Made by a program: the position numbers and the translations under genes. A DNA stretch of 42,259 bases, taken from the NCBI RefSeq assembly GCF_000143415.4, contig NW_003314371.1, forward strand, positions 1 through 42,259, written 5' to 3'. This stretch comes from Selaginella moellendorffii (taxonomy: Eukaryota; Plantae; Lycopodiophyta). This document shows, one piece after another, positions 34,092 to 42,259 of this stretch. The notes beneath the pieces were generated by a model, which saw only the letters and a list, made by a program, of their open reading frames with translations, did no database searches and was not told the DNA's origin. Positions within the stretch are counted from its first letter, which is position 1, and each line of letters begins with the position of its first letter.

Positions 34092-35810
34092 ATGGCGGCC
34101 TTTCTGGGGTATCCGAAGCGGAGGGTCTTTATCCATGCAGCGAGCGAGCAGGGGAGCGATGCGCAAATTCTGGCTACGAAGGTGGCGTTCGTGCCGCCGC
34201 CTGCCGAGATCAACGACATTTCGGGTTTGTTCAACTGGTTAGAAGCCAGGCACCAGGTGGAAGATGTGCTTACGGTGCGCGGTTGGATGCGGCTTGCGCA
34301 GCAAGAGGGGAGTCTGCCGTCCGAGTTCGACTTGCACGCCAGGAGAGCAAAGCAGGAAGTCGTGCCGACAGGAGTTTGTGAGTGGGGCGATAGCTTGGCC
34401 CTCAAAATCGCCCCGTCCAGCATCAACAACGAGAACTATATGCTGCTACAAGGTGTAGATCCTACAACAGGTCTCCGGCTGCCCAAGATCCCGGCGTTTT
34501 CCAACTATCGCCCTCAGCATGCCAAGCCGCCAATACCCTTGACGCTCGCTCATCCAGTGTTTGCAAGGTTTAAGGATGTTTTCCATGGACCTGGCCAGCA
34601 ACCGGATCGGAACGATTACAAGTTCTACCTGAAGATGGCAAGTGCGTTTTCACGCTGTTACACAGATGAAGCGGACTACAAGTACGAAGCAGCTGAACTT
34701 TGGAAGCAATACACGGGCATCGAATTCATCAACGAGCTTAATACCGGGGGTGGCACTTTGGGGGCGCGGCTTTTCGCTCTGAAAGCTATTCTGGCAGCAC
34801 TGGAGGCGAAGTTGGGACCTTTCCGCAGCAAAAGTGATCCGGGAGCACAAGCTCCGCAGTACGTGCGCCTGTACTGGATGAGGAAGGGTAACAGGAAACG
34901 GTTCTACAACACTTGTTACCCGGCGATTTCCATCGAGCAGCTCGGTACTCTTGTCCGGGTGAGTGCGGTAGCAACTCTGGATCGCTTCTGCTGCATGCCG
35001 CTTACGCCTTTCGTCAACTTCCTGCAACTCCAAGGTGACGATGTCCGAGCAGCTGAGCAAGGCGTCCGGTTAATCTTGGCTGTGAAGGTTGCACTGACGG
35101 AGCTCGCTGCTTTCTACACCAACTTCGAAAGCGGCCCACCGAGGGACTTGTTCTTCACGAGGAGCACTCCGTATCCGCTCCAGAACTGCGCAGCTGTGCC
35201 GAGGCGTTTCGGAGATAAGCTTGTCTACCTAGTGCAGCATGCTGAAAGGCTTGTTGTCGTCAAGTTCGTGCAGCGTCCTTATGGGGAAGACGTTCACAGG
35301 GCTTGGGCTGCAAGAGGTTGTGCCCCTGAGCTCTACGGGGTCTCTCTGCTTCAAGGAGGCTGGTGGCAGGTCAAGATGCAATATCTGGGAGAGGGTGACG
35401 GGTGGAAAGTCTTACAGGCGTGCCCGGATGCGGATGTGCTGAGGCCCAAGGTGCTTGAGGCTCTTGCCGCTGCGCAGCAGATTCCCGTGACTTCTTCTTC
35501 AGCTTCAGGTGAAGTTGGCGTTGGCGGTGGCGTACATGGTGACATGAGGGACGTCAATGTCATGGTGCGCCGCTCGGCAGATGGTACACTGGACGTGAAG
35601 TTCATAGACTTCGACTGGGCTCGGGCTGAGGGATCGACGTCGGCTTACTACCCGCCGTTTATGAATCACCTGCAGGTTAACTGGCAAGGTGGGGAGGATG
35701 GCAAGCCGATGAAGCAGGAGCATGATACTGCTCTGCTGTCGCTGAAGCAAGCGGCCCAGTCGCTCGACGCTATGGCAAGTCCACCATCGAGTTCGTGGGG
35801 ACCTTTCTAG
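34092..35810 (+). CDS. Intronless 572-aa Crinkler-type protein: restriction-endonuclease-like region plus atypical protein kinase domain
   Basis: Kinase motifs: VVVKF..PYG..VH..A..G.APELY, VHGDMRDVNVMV, VKFIDFDWA, YPPFMN..W..KPMKQEHD. Upstream are HPVFARF, LEAK..SDP.AQ..Y and PAISIEQLG..RVSAV, typical of the CR REase+kinase architecture. Confidence 0.7.
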   Translation: MAAFLGYPKRRVFIHAASEQGSDAQILATKVAFVPPPAEINDISGLFNWLEARHQVEDVLTVRGWMRLAQQEGSLPSEFDLHARRAKQEVVPTGVCEWGDSLALKIAPSSINNENYMLLQGVDPTTGLRLPKIPAFSNYRPQHAKPPIPLTLAHPVFARFKDVFHGPGQQPDRNDYKFYLKMASAFSRCYTDEADYKYEAAELWKQYTGIEFINELNTGGGTLGARLFALKAILAALEAKLGPFRSKSDPGAQAPQYVRLYWMRKGNRKRFYNTCYPAISIEQLGTLVRVSAVATLDRFCCMPLTPFVNFLQLQGDDVRAAEQGVRLILAVKVALTELAAFYTNFESGPPRDLFFTRSTPYPLQNCAAVPRRFGDKLVYLVQHAERLVVVKFVQRPYGEDVHRAWAARGCAPELYGVSLLQGGWWQVKMQYLGEGDGWKVLQACPDADVLRPKVLEALAAAQQIPVTSSSASGEVGVGGGVHGDMRDVNVMVRRSADGTLDVKFIDFDWARAEGSTSAYYPPFMNHLQVNWQGGEDGKPMKQEHDTALLSLKQAAQSLDAMASPPSSSWGPF

Positions 35811-35930
35811 CCTCTCGTATGCCTTTCAGAGAATTCCGGTGAAGGAGTTCACTCCACTTGCTACTGCTCTGTTAGACTTTGGAATCCGCAATATCCAGGA
35901 CAGCCTTTACGCCCTTTTGTTTGTCTAGCT

Positions 35931-37156
35931 ATGGCGGCCATTCACGTCTTCTGGCATGATGGGATGCTCAAGCACGAGCCGCTTCATGGGATCTTTGACT
36001 CACTCAGCGGCGCAGGGCGTTTGTTGGCTGTCTTGGATCAGCACCCAGAGAACGCAACCCGGGTCCTTAACATCAAATCCATTCTCGAGAAAGGACCCAT
36101 CTCTCCTCGGATCGTGTGGCACCAGGGAAGGATGGCAACCATTCAGGAACTTCACCTCTTCCATGACCCAGGTGGGTTTTTCGAGTCTCATCTCATCTCT
36201 TGCAACTCTTAGTTTCTCTTATCACAGATTATATCCAGAAGCTGATCGACGCTGACAAAGCTGGTGGCACGACGATCTTTGCTCCTGGAACCTGCTTCAA
36301 TCCCGGCTCCTGGGAAGCGGCTCTTTTAGCTGCCGGATCCACACTTGACGCTGTGAAGCACGTCCTGGAGGGTAAGTCGAATCTGGCCTACGCACTGGTG
36401 AGACCTCCAGGCCATCACGCGCAGCCTTCTCGAGCCGACGGCTACTGCTTCCTCAACAATGCCGGACTCGCCGTCCAGTTTGCTCTCAGCTCCGCTTCTG
36501 TAAAAAGAGTAGCAGTGGTGGACATCGACGTGCACTATGGAAACGGAACCGCCGCTGGATTCTACTCGAGAGACGACGTCTTGACGATCTCGCTCCATAT
36601 GGATCACGGCCCCTGGGACGAGTCTCACTCCGCCGAGTTCGGGCAGCCGGAAGAAGCTGGCACAGGGAAAGGAGTCGGATACAACGTTAACATTCCTCTT
36701 CCAAACGGGACCGGCGATAGAGGATACCAGCACGCGATGGAGAAACTTGTGGTTCCAAGGCTGGAGAGCTTCGAGCCGGAGCTGATCGTTGTCACCATGG
36801 GCCAGGATTCTAGTGCTGTAAGAAAGCAAGCTTCCTTTGCAGCTAGCTACTAACATTTTCGTTCTTCGCAGTTTGATCCAAATGGAAGGCAGTGCCTGAC
36901 AATGAAAGGCTACCGTGTCCTGGGAAGGATGATCCGCGAGCAAGCCGAGAAGCATTCGAGTGGCCGGATGGTGCTCGTCCAGGAAGGAGGATACCAGCCA
37001 TGCTACACGGCCTTTTGCGTCCACGCGACGCTCGAGGGTGTTGCGGGGGTGGACGAGGCGCTGCTGGACGATCCCATTGCCTACTATCCAGAGGACGAGA
37101 CATACGCCATCCTCAAAGTGGCCGAGCTCGAGAAAAGACTCCATCAACTTGGTTGA
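35931..37156 (+). CDS. HDA8: Histone deacetylase 8-like (class II RPD3/HDA1); exons 35931-36171, 36228-36817, 36872-37156
   Basis: Motifs: VFWHDGMLKH, HPENA.RV.NI.SIL.KGPISP, AYALVRPPGHHAQP..ADGYCFLNNAGLAV, DIDVHYGNGT, GQDSSA|FDPNGRQCLTM.GYR, VQEGGY. Confidence 0.92.
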
Positions 37157-37373
37157 AAGATCCAAGAAAAATGGAGGTACATTACCATTTCGTGATCTAG
37201 AATGCAGCGCTTCCATAACCCTCGTGATCTTGTGCGCTAGGATTGTCAGCAAAGATTGCAAGAGCCTAGAACACACCGAGAAGAAAAAAAATACAAAGAT
37301 TCCAAGTCCGCGCGGCGAGAGCTTATTCCACAGGCAAAATGTGGCCAAAGAGATCTTACTCTCTCTCTCTCCC

Positions 37374-37859
37374 TCACGCCGAGGCCTCCGCCGCCGCTGC
37401 CTTGGCTGCCGCCGCCTTGGCTCTAGCTTCTCGGGCCTCCCGGGCTCCGCCGACCTGGTATCCCCCATCTGGGCGATCCTTCTCCTCCTCCCAGATGCCG
37501 CGCTTGGGACCTAACACCCACGCCCGGGGCAGGGGCATCTCGTCGATAAACTTCTTGACGAACTGGATGTGCTCGGGGTTGTGGGGATCGTACTCGTAGT
37601 CGAGCTTGACGGGCGGCGCGACGCGGTGGGTCTCGCGAGTGTGGTACCTGATGTCGAAGATGCGGTCGGGCTCCGTCTGCGGTATGATGGGCGTCACGTC
37701 GGGCGTGGCGGGCGACATGCGGCGGTACTCAGTCGCCTTCTGGTTCGCCTCCACGTACTCGGGGTGCGATGTCGGCCCCGTGAACTCCCACGGCTTCTTG
37801 ACGACCTTACGGATCATCTTCCATACCGTCTTCCCTATCTCCTGGGCCTTCTCCTTCAT
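37374..37859 (-). CDS. NDUFA7: Mitochondrial complex I accessory subunit B14.5a (NDUFA7-like), intronless
   Basis: KKPWEFTGP.SHPEY.EA..KATEYR..SPAT......P...P...FDI.YH.R...R..PP matches the plant B14.5a pattern. It ends DGGY plus an Ala-rich tail. Confidence 0.8.
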   Translation of the reverse strand: MKEKAQEIGKTVWKMIRKVVKKPWEFTGPTSHPEYVEANQKATEYRRMSPATPDVTPIIPQTEPDRIFDIRYHTRETHRVAPPVKLDYEYDPHNPEHIQFVKKFIDEMPLPRAWVLGPKRGIWEEEKDRPDGGYQVGGAREAREARAKAAAAKAAAAEASA

Positions 37860-37860
37860 C

Positions 37861-37861
<1 letters not shown>

Positions 37862-37901
<40 letters not shown>
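37862..37901 (+). repeat. (TC)20 microsatellite, read as (GA)n on the NDUFA7-like strand, 2 nt from the start codon
   Basis: Directly visible in the sequence. Confidence 0.95.
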
Positions 37902-37908
<7 letters not shown>

Positions 37909-40900
37909 TCTCTCGCCCTAATTATAAATCTTCATAAAATATTTTAATCACAATGCAAAGGTAACGAACAAATAATAAAGAACTACAAAATATATGGTGG
38001 TGCAAACCATTAATTTAAGTGTGTCTTACATTTAACAATAATGTAAATACTCTTTTCATGTAAAAGGATATTTTTAAATAAATTAAATATTTAATAAGAA
38101 TAATTATCATTCAATACACATATGGCCAGGGCTCCAAAGAAGGATGGCATATCATTGCTATATCAATAAACAATGAATATATAATTGCATAAAGGTGCAT
38201 CTTTTATTTACAGATGTGTGGATATATATTTTTTCAATTGCACACACTATTATAATCTATATAATCACTATAATAGCAATCAAAACATGATTATGTATGC
38301 ATTATAATATTTGCATTGGCCATGCTATGCATATAGGGGCCATGCAATGTGAACACTTCATCCATGTGTGAAACCATGTCATCCCCTGTTTTATGACAGC
38401 AGGATTGCATGCTTCCAACATGCTATACACCACAATCTTTGTCAATCTGTTAATAACCTTATTTACTGTATATTGTTGCTGTAGGATTTTACTCCTCTAG
38501 ATCATTCTTGGTGTAGAGCTTGAGTGCCAATTGTAATATGTGTGGCATTTGCAATTCTTTCTATTATGAGGTAGAGATTGGTGAAACTCTAGATCAACAC
38601 CCAACTGCATTTAACTGTTGAAACATTGCAATTATATGCTCAATGCATTAAAAGGCTTAATCACATGCTCTAGTGCAGTAGTGGTGTCATTGAACTGGCA
38701 TAACTTGTAGTGGATAATAACTAGTGCATGGAGGCTTATGGCCAACATTATTTTAGCAGGCAATGTCTATAATGCTCGGTTTAAGTGCATTTCTAATCCA
38801 ATTGAATTTCACCATGCATTTTTGCCATTTTTGCCAAACTTAAAAGGCAAAGAAGAAGATGCTTATATAGCAAATAAACTGATGTAGATTAGGAATTCAC
38901 ATATGGCTATGTATGCTAATATATATATATGCCTTGAACAAAAGGTAATATCCAAAAGATTATTTTATAAGTCACATATTGTGTTTAAACAATTCAAGAA
39001 CACATGTCTTTTAAATTTATAAATCTTACAAGATAATAAACTTTTTTGCCAAGCTGCCCACATTAGGTATACCTCCTTTGGGAAATATACCTCCCCCCAA
39101 ACATGCAATCACAAATTTCTTGTTATATGACATGGCAACACAAAGTTTAATATTTATCCTTTATTATAAAATTGAATAAAGTTTTGGTTTGCTTAACCAA
39201 ACCTATGGTAGTGGATATACCTAAGATATGATTGAATATTCTAGGATATTCTACCATCTTATTCATTTAGATTAATCTTGTATTTATAAAACAAATACTT
39301 AGTTATTCTTTTTTAAGTACTTATAAACAGTATTTAGAATCTTATCTATTTTTTATTTTTTACACTTGATAAGTTTATTTGATTATCAAGGATGATATGA
39401 GTCTAAATAAACTCTTTTGGTCAAATAATGATCAACCCCAAAGTGGTTGATAGTGATGCTAATTTATTTGCACATAACAACATTGAAATAGATTTGACAA
39501 AGTTTTCAATGATGATCCATTTTATGTAAAACTTTAATTGATACCTTAGAGTTGCACATTGAATTTTGGAAAAGGTCTTGCTATGGTTTGTTAGTTTAAC
39601 ATTAGCACTTGAAGTAAATTATTGGATGGAAATAATTGAGGTATTGACGTTTTTAGCACTTGTGTTAGTAAAAGTGGCATTATTATGTTGAGTGATGAAG
39701 AATTTTCCTTAGAGCTTGATTTTTCATATTATTTTTCTTATTAATGTTTCAATTCCACATTTGATCTTAAAGATGATTGAAAAAGATTGTTAATGCAATA
39801 TGGATATCTGAAGTTATGGTTTTTGTGATTAAGATTTTGGATATTTATTTTGTATTTATGATGTCAGTTTTAGATATTGAGTATATAGGCATTTTGGTAA
39901 ACGCTCATGTATTTTATTAGGTCATGAGAACTTGTGTTGAAGTGAACCTATATGAATTTGTAAGTAGGAGGAAGTTGATTGAGTCTTGAAAATTTACATT
40001 TCTAAACTAAGAGTGATTCTTTCTTTAAGTTGGAAAATTTTCTACAAATTTTTTTAGACTTTTTCAATGGTTAATCTATTAATCATTTTGCTTGAAAACC
40101 ATTCTATTTTTGTGAGCCATTGCAAGCTAGTAAAAGGGTTAGAGTTAACTTCAGTTGGATTAAACATTAGTAGATAGTTTGTATGTTGCAGCCTAAAAGG
40201 GATGCCAACTTTTGAGGCTAAAATAGCTAAGCTAAATAAAAGGTAGAGTTAGTGTAGAAAAATAGTTGTTGTGCTTTTTTAAAAAGTGACATTTATACCT
40301 TTTTTTTGTAGTGTTATGCTTGGTGGCAAGTTGGACTTTGCATTTTATTAAACTCTAAGAGTAGTGAACTCTCACTAATCTTGACTTGGTTTTAGTGGTA
40401 TTGCACCTTGGTTTGGTTGAGGATGATGATTGTAAGTGACTAAATTTTTCATTCTACTTTAGTTACTTAACCATACTTTTGACCATTTGAAGAAATTTCA
40501 TTCACAACCTTCATAAGTTCTATTCCTGACTTGAAAACATGCTAGCCCCGTGAATGGCATCTATGCCACTCAACCATTTTACTTGGTCTAAATGCTCCAT
40601 GTATTTGATCCCATGATATACACCTTAAAAGTACCATTGACAAATCAGCCCATTACACTAAAGCTATATCCATTTACCTTATCTCATTAGTAATCCAAAA
40701 CCATTTATGCCATAATCTCATCTCTCAAAGACTAAACCATTTATTTATAAGTGGTCATCCCAAAACCACACTTTAGCATCCTTAGGATGTCTGGAGATGT
40801 GGGTAACACCCTTTCCCAATATCCTTTTTTCAATCCCTACTAAATCCCTCTCCATCCACTATTGTGCTCGTTAACACCACCACTGGGTCAGAGCCTGAAG

Positions 40901-41044
40901 GCTTGACCACTAAGTCCCATTGACCTTTGGGACTTCCTCACCACGTGACCATGCCTTTGGTCACTATGTAAAAGGATTGCTCCTCACAGTCCAAGACTTT
41001 GGGACAACACTTCAAAACACCATAGCCATACACGAGTCTTATGG

Positions 41045-41225
41045 NNNNNNNNNNNNNNNNNNNNNNNNNNNNNNNNNNNNNNNNNNNNNNNNNNNNNNNN
41101 NNNNNNNNNNNNNNNNNNNNNNNNNNNNNNNNNNNNNNNNNNNNNNNNNNNNNNNNNNNNNNNNNNNNNNNNNNNNNNNNNNNNNNNNNNNNNNNNNNNN
41201 NNNNNNNNNNNNNNNNNNNNNNNNN
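41045..41225. other. Assembly gap (181 N)
   Basis: Run of N. Confidence 0.99.
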
Positions 41226-41400
41226 GTCCATCAGTATTTACTCTAGCCTTGAACTCTTTAGTGGTTATATCATCACCTAACACGTGGGTATAGCCTTCTT
41301 GGGTCATATTGGCCTTTCCTAGCCAAATTGATTCCATTAGAGTCCAATCCCCACACTCTCTCTACTATACTTTTGGAATGGAAACCCTTTGGAATGGAAA

Positions 41401-41535
41401 GGCTGAGTGGCATAGATGCCATTCATGGAGCTAATAAATCCTTAAGTCTAGAATAGGACTTATGAAAGTCATGAGTGAGACTCTCGAAGGTATGATTAAG
41501 TGATTAAAGTAGAATGGAAAATTTAGTCGCTTACA
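41401..41535 (-). mobile_element. Antisense 5' fragment of the same LTR inside copy C
   Basis: The reverse complement starts TGTAAGCGACTAAATTTTCC and runs to ...gaatggcatctatgccactcagcc. The host resumes at atattagtatt. Confidence 0.7.
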
Positions 41536-42259
41536 ATATTAGTATTCAAATTTGGACTCGGACTCAAACTTGGTCACGGTCTTGTTCTTAGTTTCAATCT
41601 TGATCTTGGACTTTGGTCTTGGTGTCCATTTCAGACTCTTTTTTAGACTCCATCTTGGACTTCATTTCAAACTCCATCTCTGACTCTATCTTAAATTCCA
41701 TCTCAGACTTAGTTTTTATACTTCCACATGTTATATATTGGTCCTTTCATTTCTTTTTTCTAGAGACTCACTTATTGATCACTTCATGCTCATTCCTTAA
41801 GCACTTCATTGAGAGTTCCATTTTCACCCTCAACTCTTCGAGTTGGGGCTTTTAGTCCAAATATTAATATTACATTTGTTTAGCTTCCACTTTGGCCACT
41901 ACCATATGATACCCTTTTAAGCTCTATTTTGGGACTTAGGGATTTGTGTCATGGACAAAATTCAATAAACAATAAACCATTTTATAAAGTAACCTTATCA
42001 TGGATTACCATTTTCATCCTTAGCACTAAACCAATATTCATCAATGGTTTGACACTAAAGGCTCACCATGCCTTGCCCATCTTTTAAGAAGCATAGTGTT
42101 TCAAACTTAAAGTTTCATTGGATCACCAATAGTAGTTCTTTATATTCGTTCTTTTAGTTCTCAATAAACTTGTTGGAGACACCTTCTCTATTCTAATTTT
42201 ACTACTCATTTCAAAATAATCTTAGCCTCTACTAACATAATCATTGGACTCTAGAACTT

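Larger units (their letters stand above)
40431..41951 (+). mobile_element. LTR-like element copy C (same family as 3531-6765), spanning an assembly gap
   Basis: Starts TGTAAGTGACTAAATTTTTC, carries the same internal blocks and 12-bp array (~41551-41710), and ends GGATTTGTGTCA. Confidence 0.75.

Noticed and set aside
36326-37468. 380-aa minus-strand ORF overlapping HDA8
   Set aside because: Antisense to a clearly conserved gene, non-ATG start, no motif.
6905-37859. Functional gene cluster ideas (three cell-wall glycosyltransferases; two complex I subunits plus PPRs; acetyltransferase next to deacetylase)
   Set aside because: The genes are interspersed with unrelated ones, one is a pseudogene, and NAA20 (N-terminal acetylation) and HDA8 (lysine deacetylation) act on different modifications. 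Chance in a compact genome is enough to explain it.
37930-40430. Possible transposase or helicase remnants in the AT-rich right flank
   Set aside because: No ORF of 60 aa or more and no motif that I can name.
40920-41337. ORFs containing long X runs
   Set aside because: Artefacts of the N gap within an LTR.
40426-41956. Target-site duplication for LTR copy C
   Set aside because: The left flank atgat does not match the right flank, and the 3' terminus is eroded.

Overview
Eukaryotic plant genomic DNA, very likely a Selaginella-type lycophyte. This is inferred from the 45-95 nt introns, very short intergenic gaps and PLS-PPR genes of the Selaginella style. An AT-rich, transposon-derived left flank (1-6.8 kb) holds a decayed Gypsy-type integrase, a PPT/LTR relic and a ~1.7 kb solo LTR nested antisense in its own family member. 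An AT-rich right flank (37.9-42.3 kb) holds a third copy of the same LTR spanning an N gap. Between them lies a gene-dense island: DUF616/MUCI70-like pseudogene, DWA2/EIPR1-like WD40 gene plus a dead partial duplicate, GT37 fucosyltransferase, HPPD-like gene, CFL1-like WW protein, ELF4-like, AAE3 oxalyl-CoA synthetase, two tandem PLS-E PPR genes, a PPR pseudogene, gamma carbonic anhydrase, CDI glycosyltransferase, NAA20, an intronless Crinkler-type nuclease-like plus kinase gene, HDA8 and complex I subunit B14.5a/NDUFA7. Two loci stand out. (1) An intact HPPD paralogue has lost two of its three iron ligands and several substrate residues, and carries an N-terminal module resembling a separate small plant protein family, making it a candidate repurposed pseudoenzyme. 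(2) A fungal/algal-style Crinkler REase-kinase gene is wedged 36 bp behind NAA20. All family assignments come from motif recognition by eye; no searches were run.
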